DNA of 64,000 bases, taken from Eledone cirrhosa. Taxonomy: Eukaryota. Location of the stretch: positions 8,866,001 to 8,930,000 of the forward strand of contig OZ024741.1 in assembly GCA_964016885.1 (NCBI GenBank), given 5' to 3'. The notes beneath the pieces are model-generated. The model ran no database searches. It was not told the origin of the DNA and was given only the letters and a program-made list of their open reading frames with translations. The first letter of the stretch is position 1; every line of letters begins with the position of its first letter. Below are positions 40,308 to 54,850 of this stretch, piece by piece. The position numbers and the translations under genes are program-made.

Positions 40308-40745
40308 TATGTGTCTATATATGTGTGTATGTGTGTGTATATGTGTGTATATGTGTGTATGTGTGTGTATATGTGTGTCTATATATGTGTGTATATATGT
40401 GTGTATATGTGTGTATATGTGTGTATATATGTGTGTATATGTGTGTATGTGTATATGTATATATGTGTGTATATATGTGTGTGTATATGTGTATATATGT
40501 GTGTATATATGTGTATATATGTGTGTATATATGTGTGTATATATGTGTGTATATGTGTGTATGTGTATATGTATATATGTGTGTATATATGTGTGTGTAT
40601 GTGTATATATGTGTATATATATGTGTGTATATATGTGTGTATATGTGTGTATATATGTGTGTACATATGTGTGTATATATGTGTATATATGTGTATATAT
40701 GTCTGTATATGTGTGTATATATGTGTGTATATGTTTGTATATATA

Positions 40746-40776
<31 letters not shown>

Positions 40777-41149
40777 GTGTGTATATATGTGTGTGTACAT
40801 GTGTGTATATATATATGTGTGTATATGTGTGTATATGTGTGTATATATGTGTGTATATGTGTATGTGTATATGTATATATGTGTGTATATATGTGTGTGT
40901 ATATGTGTATATATGTGTGTATATATGTGTATATATGTGTGTATATATGTGTGTATATGTGTGTATGTGTATATGTATATATGTGTGTATATATGTGTGT
41001 GTATGTGTATATATGTGTATATATATGTGTGTATATATGTGTGTATATGTGTGTATATATGTGTGTACATATGTGTGTATATATGTGTATATATGTGTAT
41101 ATATGTCTGTATATGTGTGTATATATGTGTGTATATGTTTGTATATATA

Positions 41150-41184
<35 letters not shown>

Positions 41185-41434
41185 GTGTATATATGTGTGT
41201 GTATATGTGTGTATATATATATGTGTATATATGTGTGTATATGTGTGTATATATATGTGTGTATATATGCGTGTATATATGTGTATATGTGTATATATGT
41301 GTATATATGTGTGTATATATGAGTGTCTATGTGTGTATATACGTGTATATATATGTGTGTATATATGCGGGTGTATATGTGCGTACATATATGACCGCCT
41401 ATACACTTGTGTATAATATATATATACATACATT

Positions 41435-41480
<46 letters not shown>
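40308..41480. repeat. (TA/TG)n mosaic microsatellite with a ~405-bp internal duplication
   Basis: GTACATATG..GTCTG..GTTTG variant series at about 40661 and 41066. Confidence 0.88.
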
Positions 41481-41482
<2 letters not shown>

Positions 41483-41536
41483 GTGTGTGTGTACAGGAAC
41501 ATATGAACATATATGCGTTTGTTGGGCTGTACGTGT

Positions 41537-41553
41537 TAGTAGTAGTAGTAGTG

Positions 41554-41605
<52 letters not shown>

Positions 41606-41612
41606 CAGCAGC

Positions 41613-41665
<53 letters not shown>

Positions 41666-41668
41666 AGC

Positions 41669-41722
<54 letters not shown>

Positions 41723-42050
41723 CGTAGTAGTAGTAGTAGTAGTAACAGTAGTAGTAGTAGTAGCAGTAGTAGTAGTAGTAGTAGCTATAGTAGTAGTAGT
41801 AGTAGTAGTAGTAGCAGCAGCAGTAGTAGTAGCAGCAGTAGTAGTAGTAGTAGTAGTAGTAGCCGTAGTAGTAGTAGAGCAGTAGTAGTAGTAGTAGTAA
41901 CAGTAGTAGTAGTAGTAGTAGTACCAGTAGTAGTAGTAGTAGTAGTAACTGTAGTAGCAGTAGTAGTAGCAGTAGTAACAGTAGCAGCAGTAGTAGTAGC
42001 AGCAGCAGTAGTAATAGTAGTAGTAGTAGTAGTAGTAGTAGTTGTAGTAG
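41537..42050. repeat. (TAG)n microsatellite
   Basis: Direct reading. Confidence 0.95.
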
Positions 42051-42475
42051 TTGATGTTGTTGTTGTAGTAGAGGCTAACTACAGCTAAATACGTCGTTAA
42101 CGATCGGTAATCAGGGAAGGAGTGTGTGGTGTGGAGGAGTGGAGGGGTTGAGGGGTGTGGTGGTGCGGAGGTGTGGGAGTTAACAAAACACTCCCCCTAA
42201 AAAATGAACAACACTGAAATGAGGCAAGCTAGGGGGGGGTGTTGGTAGTGTTGGTGATGGTGGTGTTGGTGATGGTGGTGGTGGTGGGGGTAGTAATGGC
42301 GGTGGTGGTGGTACAGTAAACTGGAAGTGGGATAGGAGGTGACACTAGCGGTAGTTTATGGCGTTGGTGTGGGGTTGGCTGGTGTAGTCGTGGGGGGGGG
42401 GGGAGTGTAATTAACTTGGTTATCTCCACTAACGTCCGTTTTCCATTAGTTTAAACCTTTGCCTGTTGTTGTTAC

Positions 42476-42960
42476 TAGTGGTGGTGGTGATGGTGGTGGT
42501 AGGGGTTGTGGTGATGGGTGTGGTGGTGATGATGGTAGTGGTGGGTGTGGTGGTGGTAGTGTTTGTGGTGATGATGGTGATGATGGTAGTGGTGGGTGTG
42601 GTGGTGGTAGTGTTTGTGGTGGTGATGGTGATGATGGTAGTGGTGGGTGTGGTGGTGGTAGTGTTTGTGGTGGTGATGGTGATGATGGTAGTGGTGGGTG
42701 TGGTGGTGGTAGTGTTGGTGGTGGTGATGGCGATGGTTGTGGTGGTGTTAGTGGTATTGGAGGTACCTGTGATGATGGTGTTAGTATTTTGTATGGGTTT
42801 AACTAGGTTGTTGTTGTTGTTTGGGTTGGAGATTAAAGAATAACAATAACAGCAACAATACAACAATAACAAACATACAACAATAACAAACATACAACAA
42901 TAATAATAACAACAACAATACAACAATAACAACAACAACACAGGTATCATCAACAACAAC
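42476..42960. repeat. GTG/GAT-derived minisatellite followed by a (CAA/TAA) tract
   Basis: Direct reading. Confidence 0.85.
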
Positions 42961-42969
42961 AATGGAATG

Positions 42970-43285
42970 GATGAGGTGTTCGATCACCAGAAGAACCTGG
43001 TAGTGAAATTGCATGTAAATGGCTGAATATTCCACAGACACGTGTACCGGTAATATCATTCTCAGGGAGAGTCAACATGGTATTATGAGGATATAGCTGA
43101 TCCTTTGAATTACAGATACAGTCCATATGACGGGCTTTTACACAGTTTCTGTCTACATAATTTCCCTCACAAGACACAGGTTAACCCGAGGCTATGTTAA
43201 ATGACACCTCCCAAGATACCACGCTGTAGTATTGAACTCGGGACCTACTCATTGAGAATGAATCTCCTTCACCATTCGGCCATAT
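42970..43285 (-). mobile_element. Degenerate tRNA-derived SINE (composite)
   Basis: B-box-like TTGAACTC near 43232 on the plus reading; homologous to 58835-59125. Confidence 0.65.
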
Positions 43286-43362
43286 TGTATCCACCATATT
43301 GCCAACATCACCTCCACCCAGCATTGAATTAAGACCTTGGTGGGGGCTCGGGGTACTTCATA

Positions 43363-43471
43363 TGTGACCCGAGGTTATGGTACATAACACTGCTTCAACA
43401 CGTGACCCGAGGTTATGGTACATAACACTGCCTCAACACGTGACCCGAAGGTATGGTACATAACACTGCCT
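43363..43471. repeat. 38-bp tandem repeat, 3 copies
   Basis: GTGACCCGAGGTTATGGTACATAACACTGC repeated. Confidence 0.9.
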
Positions 43472-43554
43472 TATGATGTCATGCAGGGGTCTAAGGAGAA
43501 CGAAACAAACTTCTTAACCATTCAGCTGTGCTGCGTTCGTGATTTAAATTGTTA

Positions 43555-43847
43555 GGCGGTACTTCGTCGGTTACGACGATGGGTGTTCCAGCTGATATGA
43601 TCAACGGAACAGCCTGCTCGTGGAATTAACGTGCAAGAGACTGAACATTCCACAAACACGTGCATCCATAACATAATTCGTAGGGAGATTCAGCATGACA
43701 AGGATGGCTCTTCGAATTACAGGTACATCTCCTTTTTGCCAGCTGAGCGAACTGGAGTAACGTGGAATAAAGTGTCTTGCTCAAGGACACAGTGCGACAC
43801 TGGGAATCGAACTTACGGCATTACGATCTTGAGCCACGCGTCTTCAC
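43555..43847 (-). mobile_element. tRNA-derived SINE
   Basis: GGAATCGAACT (B box, reverse) and AAAGTGTCTTGCTCAAGGACAC block shared with 16295, 45331, 56140. Confidence 0.8.
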
Positions 43848-43924
43848 TCATATTATATTGTACTAGCCAACCCTACACAACGAATTAAAACAAAAACCTA
43901 ACAATAGAGTTTAGTAAGTTAATA

Positions 43925-44334
43925 TAAAGACCCCCCTTCGGTTACAAATGACCTCTGATTTGCACTTAGAAAGTTCCACTCTGAGGTACAAGTCCGGGCA
44001 AGATTGTTTGTGGAAGACCAGCAATTACCCATGTATACCATTCTCCTCTCTCCACGATACTGATGTTGTCCAAAGGAAAGGTAATGTCTGATACAGCTTG
44101 GTACCAGTGACATCACAACTATGTATAAACATTATGCACTATATATGAGGTTGTCCAAAGGAAAGGCAATGGCCGACACTAATGACATAGCAACTCATTT
44201 CTACAGCTGAGTAAACTGGAACAACGTGAAATAAACTACCTTGCTGAAGGACACAACGCAGCACCCTGAGATTCAAACTGACAACCTCACCATTGCCAGC
44301 CCAACGCTCTAACCTCTAAGCCACACACCTTCAC
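43925..44334 (-). mobile_element. tRNA-derived SINE with a different body
   Basis: CATTTCTACAGCTGAGTAAACTGG..GAAATAAA..CTTGCTGAAGGACACAAC and head ending CCTTCAC. Confidence 0.75.
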
Positions 44335-44469
44335 AGATATTTATATATATAACCAGGTAAATGAGATGTAAAGAATTTAAAACTGATATTAGGACGAGGA
44401 CAAGATTAAACCATGTAAAGTGAATTTATTGTTTTATCTTCACGCATTCCATCACGGTCTTCTTATACA

Positions 44470-44826
44470 TGTTGTTGATGTTTGTATAATTGTTATTGGT
44501 GGTGGTGTTGTTGTTGTTGGTGGTGGTGTTGTTGGTGTGGATGTGGTGGTGTTGGTGGTGGTGGTGTTGTTGGTGTGGTGGTGGTGGTGGTGTTGTTGGT
44601 GGTGGAGTTGTTGGTGGTGGTGTTGTTGGTGGTGTTGTTGTTGTTGGTGGCGGTGTTGATGTTTGTATAATTGTTGTCGGTGGTGGTGTTTTTGTTGTTG
44701 TTGGTGGTGTTATTGTTGTTGGTGGTGGTAGTGTTGATGTTTGTATAATTGTTGGTACTGTTGTTGGTGGTGTTGATGGTGGTGCTTTTGGTTGTGGTGG
44801 TGTTGTTGTTGGTGGTGGTGTTGTTG
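44470..44826. repeat. (GTT/GGT)n array
   Basis: Direct reading. Confidence 0.9.
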
Positions 44827-45254
44827 TAATTTTCGGGGTTTCTTATTATCTACAGTGCCATTACTCACAGACAGACGATCAGACAGTCACATACACAGAC
44901 ACATACAGAGCCGGTCAGATAATCACACACACACACACATACACACACACGTCCACACAGAGCCGATCAGACAATCAGAAGCACACAGACAGACAGACAG
45001 ACACAGGGCTATATATTATATATATATATATTTCTATATGTGTGTCAGATTTAAAACTCCTCTGTATTTGATCCATTACACACTGAGATCAAATCCCGCC
45101 CAGATCCCAGATCAACTTTATCTTTCTTCTTTTAAAGATCAATAAATGAAATAACAGATCAGTACAAGTTCTACCCCCACCCCACTGTGTCAGCTGACAT
45201 GGACAGGAATCGGCTCCTCCAGGTTTAAAATCCCCATAAATATATATGAGTCAC

Positions 45255-45325
45255 TGGTCCCTGATGATTTCTTTTGAATGAAACAGTACTAGTCCTGTAG
45301 AAGCCATTTCTATATTAAACATTAT
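45255..45325 (+). ncRNA. Family C hammerhead-like core
   Basis: CTGATGA-TTTCttttGAAT-GAAACAGTA-CTAGTCCTGTAGAAG; stem I not evident. Confidence 0.45.
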
Positions 45326-45330
45326 ATATA

Positions 45331-45484
45331 AGGAACGATCGACTTTCGCCAAATCGGACCGAGCAAACAATGTTTCCGTTGGTATTTCCAATTGCTAATA
45401 TTATCTATCGGTCATAACTCCAGGTAGAAGGAGCAACTTAAAACAAAGTGTCTTGCTCAAGGACATAACACATCGCCTGGTCCT
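45331..45484 (-). mobile_element. Second copy of the SINE-head/structured-tail chimera, 5'-truncated
   Basis: Reverse complement of about 16360-16518 with the same junction and the same end at TA. Confidence 0.8.
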
Positions 45485-45553
45485 GTCACACACACACACA
45501 TATAGACACTGTGTGTGTGTGTGTGTGTGTTTCTCCCTCTCTGTGAAAGACAG

Positions 45554-45613
<60 letters not shown>

Positions 45614-46199
45614 GTTGTTATAAGAAAGCAACTGTTGTTATATGAAAGTAAGTAGTTATTGTAATGAAGCAAACGTGTTGAAGAGATGAAATTAAAATAA
45701 ACTTAATGAAAAGCCGATGTTTAAAGCGACTGTGAGGTATTTCAACTGAATAGTCAACGATATTTCAACTAAATAGTCAACGATATCTCAACTAGTATTT
45801 AATGGTGCCTACAACCTCTAAATGGACAACAAACATCTGTTTTAGAAACACATTAAAACACTGAAATATGTCGACTGTACTTAAATTATCGACATTATAT
45901 TCATATGTTCATATTAAATGTACGTAAAAACACACACACACACAGAGGCACACACACATACACACACGCACAGAGGCACACGCACACATACATACACACA
46001 CACAGTGGCAAACACGAACTCACGCACGCATATATATATTTATGTATATACATCTATATATATATGTATATATATATATTTATTTATTTATATATATATA
46101 TATTTATACATATATCTATACACACACATGCACACACACACACATATATATACATGTCTATATATATTATCTATCTCTATATATATGCAGAGGTTATAT

Positions 46200-46544
46200 T
46201 TAATTTGTTGGGATTCAACAAGCTTAAACATTTTTATAACTGATATAAAGCACTCAACAAATTAGTGGAGTAAATATAGAATATATTAACAAATGGAAAC
46301 TATATTTATAAAACCATATTTATTTTATTATACATATTTCAAGGGCCACCAAGGCAAATTATGGTGCGCCTTCATCAGATAAAATACAATGCAGATTTGT
46401 TTTATAAATAAATATTTATTTATAAAACAAATCTGTATTGTATTTTTACTGATGAAAGAGCACCATAATTTGCCTTGGTGGCCCTTGAAATATGTATAAT
46501 AAAATAAATATGGTTTTATAAATATAGTTTCCATTTGTTAATAT

Positions 46545-46547
<3 letters not shown>
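46200..46547. mobile_element. 268-bp near-perfect palindrome with two back-to-back hammerhead motifs and a left-side tail
   Basis: Arms 46280-46413 and 46414-46547; CTGATGA-stem-GAAA-tatg-TA at 46441-46506(+) and 46321-46386(-). Confidence 0.85.
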
Positions 46548-46642
<95 letters not shown>

Positions 46643-46733
46643 TATACACACATGCATACACACACCCATATATATATATATACATGTATATATATGTATA
46701 TTTTATATATATATATATATATATACACACATG

Positions 46734-46816
<83 letters not shown>

Positions 46817-47193
46817 ATATATGTATATTATATATATATATATATATTCTTATAGAGAAACTACGTATTTGACGGCTGCAGCTTGACAATGTCCGTCTCC
46901 CCATACTCCTATGTCGAGTTAGTCGTCAAGAAATATAGATGATATCTGAGGTAGGGATTACAGACGTCTTAGTTCTAATAGAGATATTTAGTCCAATATT
47001 AGCTCTGTTTTTACGAATGTATTTTTTACGAGTTTATTATCCGATAGTCTTATACACGAGATGTTTTGTTTTCTGAGTCTGTTATTTATGTATAGGTTAT
47101 TCGATGATTGTTTGTGTTTGTTCTGGGTATGTCTGGGCTCGGAATTGTGTGGTTGAAGGTTCTACTTGCTTGTTTACGTATATATATATATAT

Positions 47194-47225
47194 ACTAGCA
47201 GAGGTACCCGGCATTGCTCGGATAT
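47194..47225 (+). mobile_element. Possible Helitron-type non-autonomous 5' terminus
   Basis: ACTAGCAGAGGTACCCGGCATTGCTCGG after TA repeats resembles ACTAG..CCCG..CGG termini; no matching 3' end identified. Confidence 0.35.
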
Positions 47226-47399
47226 TAAATAGCAATTGTGTATACCATTTATGTCAATACTTCAGTGGTGCTTCGAAAACTATACTTTTACAAAATCATC
47301 AGCTTTTTCCAAAAGGGGGTTCCTGCCCCCAGGGGTTCCCTACCCAATATGTGCCAATTCTGAGAGTTCACATTCATCTGTAGGACAAACGTAGCCCAC

Positions 47400-49329
<1,930 letters not shown>

Positions 49330-50264
49330 AACGTAGTCTATAGCATAAGATGTACAGAGGGTACTTGCAGAAACATGACAACAACATACATAGGTGAGAC
49401 AGCTCGTAGCATAGGTGAAAGGATAGACCAACACTGGGGGGAACTAAAAGGACGAAAAAACGGGTCAGTACTATACGAACATGCTAGACAACAACATGAC
49501 GGTAACATAGACAACATAGAAATTAGAATAATATCTAAACATAGGAATGACCCAGCAGATAGGCAAATCAGAGAGGCCAGTGAAATAGAAATTAGAAGAC
49601 CAAAGCTAAACAGAAAGAATGAGTGGAACAACAACAACACCCAAACAAACAACACTGACCTAAGAGAAGTATAAATAAGTAAATAAAATAAAATAAAATA
49701 AGATAAATAAATACATACACAAGCACAACAACAACAAGCACATAAACACACACTAGTCACCCAGCAGACACAACACTATACACACTAGTCACACATCACA
49801 CATAACACTATACACACACGCAAACGCATGCGCAAAGAAGACAAAATAAAATAAGATAAACAAACAAGCAAATAAATAAATAAATATATAGACAGACTGA
49901 ACAAAAAAAAAATGGCGTAGACATACAACACAACAGGAGGAACAATGAATATAACACCACTGACGATGTTGCAGATGTGCAACGAAAGATTTATGTAAAT
50001 TATGTAAACTATATATATGTGTTTGTGTCTATATTGTATCTGTATTATTTTTGACCGCCGGTCACTCAATGGCAACATTGAGGACCGAGTAAGTTAGATC
50101 GCAGATATAAAAGACAGCGAGAAGCGAAAACCAACCAAACAGTGAGTGTGTTCTGTTATTAATTCTGGCAATATTACGCAAATATGACCCTCCCCAAATA
50201 TAACAATATCTGTTTCGACACACGATTTCATATAAAAAACCTCGCAAAACTAATTCATCGCCGC
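49330..50264 (+). mobile_element. PLE family A, right arm of the doublet with 56-nt tail
   Basis: Reverse complement of 47678-48558 plus extension 50209-50264. Confidence 0.95.
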
Positions 50265-50380
50265 TATATGTATATATATATACGTAAATAAGACTGTTAT
50301 GGCTGCAACCAGTATACTAACCATAACTACCCTTAATATACATACATATGCATTACATATATATATATACACTATATCAC

Positions 50381-50433
<53 letters not shown>

Positions 50434-50904
50434 GTGTGTGTGTGTGTGTGTGTATTCGAAAGTAAGGTTTTTAATATATCCAACACAGGTGTAAAAATAT
50501 AGTAAAATGCAGTTGGCGCCTTTAGGAAAGTTTATTTACATTAATTGAAATGAAAGAGGCCAAGTCTTCTTAAAGACTCCAATTGTATTTTCATATGAAT
50601 TAAGTCCAGTGAACTGAGAAAGAAGTGTTTATTGATTATCAGTAATGGATAAAATAAGCAAACAATGGCATGGTTGTGTTTTGGGATAAGCTTACATTTC
50701 CCTTGCAGAATTGAAGCGAGCTGCACAAAAACGCAAATTTTGTGAAAGATAAGGGGTAAGTTTTGTCGGTGATAATTGTGGCTGAGTACGTCTATTTCAA
50801 AGCTGGTCTTATTATCTAACAACGAATTAGTAATTTTAGACAAAACATTGACCTCAATATTTTCTCAATCTAAGTCTAAGTCATTCTCAAAATAGAAGGT
50901 TTGT

Positions 50905-51163
50905 TAGGCCGGTGATTATCCCAGTTTCGAGGCATGAAGCGACTGAGAATACAAGACTCCTCACTGGACAGGACGCCAGTCCATCGCAGGTTTAAACCCT
51001 CCAGCTATAGCTAGTACGCAATTTCAGCTCAGTATACTGGTGCAACGTAAAAGAAAATTCTTTTTTTTTTGCTTAAGGACACAACACAAACCAGCCCAGG
51101 AATTGAACCTACGATATTATGATTGTAAGTCTAACACCCTTACCACAAGGCCACGAACCTCCA
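50905..51163 (-). mobile_element. Degenerate tRNA-derived SINE
   Basis: GGAATTGAACC B box (reverse), GCTTAAGGACACAAC block. Confidence 0.65.
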
Positions 51164-51549
51164 CATATGTTCACAATATATTACATAATATAAATTGCAT
51201 GGAGAATTGTTTGCAAATGTTTTGGAAGAGTAAATAAACAAACACAATGTACGTGTGAGAGCGTTGGACCAACCTAGATTCTGATATAGATGTGAAATTA
51301 AGGTGTAACTGGCTGAGTATTCCACAGACATGTGGATCAAGAACGCCTTAACGACTCTGTGAGCCGCTGCCTTCTGGAGACAGGACGAAGGCGGAGTACA
51401 GAGAACAACAAAACACTGAGATAAGATTTATATTGAGTGAAAGGATGGCCTTAACAATAACAACAACAATATAGGTGACAACAACAACAACAGTACTAAC
51501 AGTAGAAACAACAACAACAGAAAACGACCAGGTGGAGGTGTCGTGTCAG

Positions 51550-51935
51550 GATCCGAACAATATGGCTGACCAGGTGGTTTTTGACAAGGAAAACATATCT
51601 TAATTATAGATGTAGCTTGACCCTTTCAGTGGGTAAATAGGGGACAATTAATTGGTAGCAGGATTTAAAGTGGGAACTGACAAGGATTTGGGACTGTCAT
51701 GAAATCAATGTCGTCCCCATCGGAATAGGAGCACTAGGGACTATCTCGAAGGGTTTCCAAGACTTGATAAAGAAAACTATCTCAGCCACCTTTATTGGAA
51801 CTCTCTAGAAGGTATTTCTACTGGGAACAGCAAGGACCCTACGAAACGTCCTGAATATCTGAGGCTGCAGGTAACGGATTGATGTCTATTAGGGAACATT
51901 TCACGGTTAAATAAGATCAATGACAGGTATGAAAG
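51550..51935 (+). mobile_element. Degenerate Dong/R4-type RLE 3' end, same family as 29519-29958
   Basis: Shares GACAAGGAAAA, GATGTAGC, TTAAAGTGGGA, GTCGTCCC, GTCCTGAATATCTGAGGCTGCAGGTA. Confidence 0.75.
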
Positions 51936-52267
51936 TAATTGTGATAATAATAATTGATTCTGATTTAGGGACACGGAACCAACAATTTTTGGGGAAGGGG
52001 AAAGTCGATTAAATCGACCCCAGTACGTTACTGGTACTGTATTTTATCGACCATTGATGATGAAAAAATGATGATGATGATGATGATGATGATGTATCTC
52101 GTTTATTGGCCAAAAGGGTCTCAGACGTTGGGGGTCAATTCAAGGGAAAGTTTCACCGAGTAAAATATTTCGAAATAAACAAAAATAAATAAAAAATAAA
52201 TATTTAAAATAACATGAACAAATATTTAAATTATTTTAACAGCAGCATTAACAATAAAACCAACAGA

Positions 52268-52607
52268 TTTTACAGACAAAACCAACCAAGAGGAGACCCA
52301 GGGGTAGACCCCGAGCAGGATGGTTGGATAACATCCATGTTCTTGGCTGGCCTCGCTTGGGGATCCAGCTGGATCAGTTGGAGATGGTTGCTTCTGACAG
52401 GACCTGCTGGATGGAGTGTTTGAGGACTCTGCCCAACGACTCTCCCCAGGAATAAGTGGGTAAAGAAGAAAAAGAAGAAGAAGAAGAAGAAGAAGAAGAA
52501 GAAGAAGAAGAAGAAGAAGAAGAAGAAGAAGAAGAAGAAGAAGAAGAAGAAGAAGAAGAAGAAGAAGAAGAAGAAGAAGAAGAAGAAGAAGAAGAAGAAG
52601 AAGAAGA
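52268..52607 (+). mobile_element. RTE-type LINE 3' end plus long (GAA)n tail
   Basis: Translates KRRPRGRPRAGWLDNIHVLGWPRLGIQLDQLEMVASDRTCW..LP..QE*, typical of RTE C-termini. Confidence 0.8.
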
Positions 52608-53519
52608 ATTAACAATAAAAATACTGAGTAAATTGGAAAAACCAGAAGACGGAGCAAAATAACAGGACAAGCTAGAAATATATGAACAACAACAATAAAA
52701 ACAACAGAAGCAACAACAACAACAAGAGCTCGTATAAAGAGGAGATAACTGTAATTCAGCTGTTGGACAATAGAAATGCCAAGATTTGACAATCCCTCAC
52801 CTAACATCTCCGGTATTAAAATAATTTCTTTCTATTCTGTACAAGAAGCAGACACCCACACATCTACCACAACATTCCTAGCACAGTTATTTGTCCGGAA
52901 TCATAACATTGAAACGAATCAAACCAGTGTCCTTTAAATACCCCCCTCTCTCCCTCCCCTTTTCTCTCTGCCTCTTTTTTTCTCGCTTTCTCACCTTTCC
53001 TTTTTCTGTCTCCTTTTATTTCTCTCTCTCTATCTCTTTCTTTTATTCTTTTTTTGTTTTTCGCCTTTTCTGTCACTCTTTTCTTCTCTCTCTCCTCTCT
53101 CCCCTCTTCTCACCTCCCTCTCTCGACCCCCCATTCACCCCCTTCCTTTTCACCCCTATCCCCCCCTCTCTCCCCCTCACCACTCCTCTCTGCCATTTTT
53201 TTTCTCTCTACCACCATATCGTCTGTTTAACCTAACGTAGTGTCATTGTCCGCCATATTTCAGGGAGTGATATTTATTGATATGTTGTTGTTGTTCATAT
53301 ATTTTACTCAAGACGTTTTCACCGAGAAATGGAGATTATTTTTCTAGCATTGTATTAGGAATGTTCCTTCCTCAATCTTATTATTATTACTATTATTATC
53401 AATTATAATACTCTCGTAGCATATCATTGATCCTAAACATTCTTGCTTTACTTTTTTATAGCCTTCTATTATATTACATATGGCTGCCAACATTCTATGG
53501 GTATTTATATATATGTATA

Positions 53520-53599
<80 letters not shown>

Positions 53600-53709
53600 A
53601 AATAAAAGGTAAACAGAAATAACAACACAATCGGTACAATATATGGAAGGGATAAATAAATAAATACATATATATATATTTATCTCTATATATATAGGTA
53701 TGTATATAT

Positions 53710-53752
<43 letters not shown>

Positions 53753-53756
<4 letters not shown>

Positions 53757-53944
53757 AAAAGAGTCAGGACCCCGACGGCTGAGCTCCGGCCGTTTCGCCA
53801 GCTAGATCCGGATCTAGCTGGCGAAACGGCCGGAGCTCAGCCGTCGGGGTCCTGACTCTTTTCCTATTACCCACTCTACTACCCTAAGTATCGAGTACTC
53901 TGGTGCGTTATGGTCCACATGGTTACTTACCACACTTCCTTCGT

Positions 53945-53946
<2 letters not shown>
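53753..53946 (+). mobile_element. 114-bp perfect GC-rich palindrome plus 80-nt tail in (TA)n (family D)
   Basis: 57-bp arms with no mismatch and no loop, centre ATCC|GGAT at 53809/53810; relative at 60711-60862. Confidence 0.88.
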
Positions 53947-53982
<36 letters not shown>

Positions 53983-54006
53983 TATATGTATAATATATAT
54001 ATGTAA

Positions 54007-54099
<93 letters not shown>

Positions 54100-54599
54100 T
54101 ATATGTATAATATATATATGTAACAGTATATATATATATATTATATATATATATATTATATATATATATATATATATATTCGATACAACAATGATTACAC
54201 ACACACAGATACATATGTATGTGTGTGTATATGTATGTGTGTGTGTATTCATTATATTTATTTAGTTATGCAGATAGACCCAGCAGTCATATACATTTCC
54301 AACATGTGAAACACAACACAACTCAGCCCAAGAATCGAACCTATGTCATTATGTTCATAAGTCCAACACCTTTACCACTAGGCCACGCTCCTCCACCTGT
54401 GGATCTCGCTGTCACAGTCCCGGCTTGCGTGGCCACGAAAGACGAACCCCATGTGTAAAGGGTGGAGCCGGTTACGTACACACTCTACCTCACCTTTAAA
54501 TACCACTGCGCAGGAATGAAGGTCGTTTTAAGCCTGTCAACGTCCCAATCGTAATAAAGGTGACCATGAAACATCCTCTAATGTATTCAGGCCAATATC

Positions 54600-54850
54600 G
54601 TCTCCTTCAATAGAAAACAGACTCGACCATCGTAGGTATGATGAAAATATCACATCTCACATCCCTAAATATAAATAACATGTAACTAGAATCCTCAAGC
54701 TCACTATAAATTACAGGTTCTTTATGCCTGACGATCTCTCCAGGCAAACACTCATCCTTAGAATAGAAAAAAAGCCTGCACCAGAACGACTAATCTGCTA
54801 CAAAGCTCAAACCTGCCATGGAGCATTGCTCCCATATCTAGGATTGTGCC
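54600..54850 (+). mobile_element. Highly decayed CR1/L2-group LINE fragment
   Basis: TACAAAGCTCAA..ATGGAGCATTGCTCCCATATC resembles a YKAQ.RP.MEYCSHIW motif; similar relics near 55290 and 60015. Confidence 0.4.

Noticed and set aside
40278-41885. 535-aa hydrophobic ORF and all [12 protein letters not shown] ORFs
   Set aside because: Dinucleotide and trinucleotide microsatellite translations
52456-52662. Poly-Glu ORF (also poly-Lys at 57013 and poly-Glu at 55586)
   Set aside because: (GAA)n microsatellites; the first is the tail of an RTE 3' end
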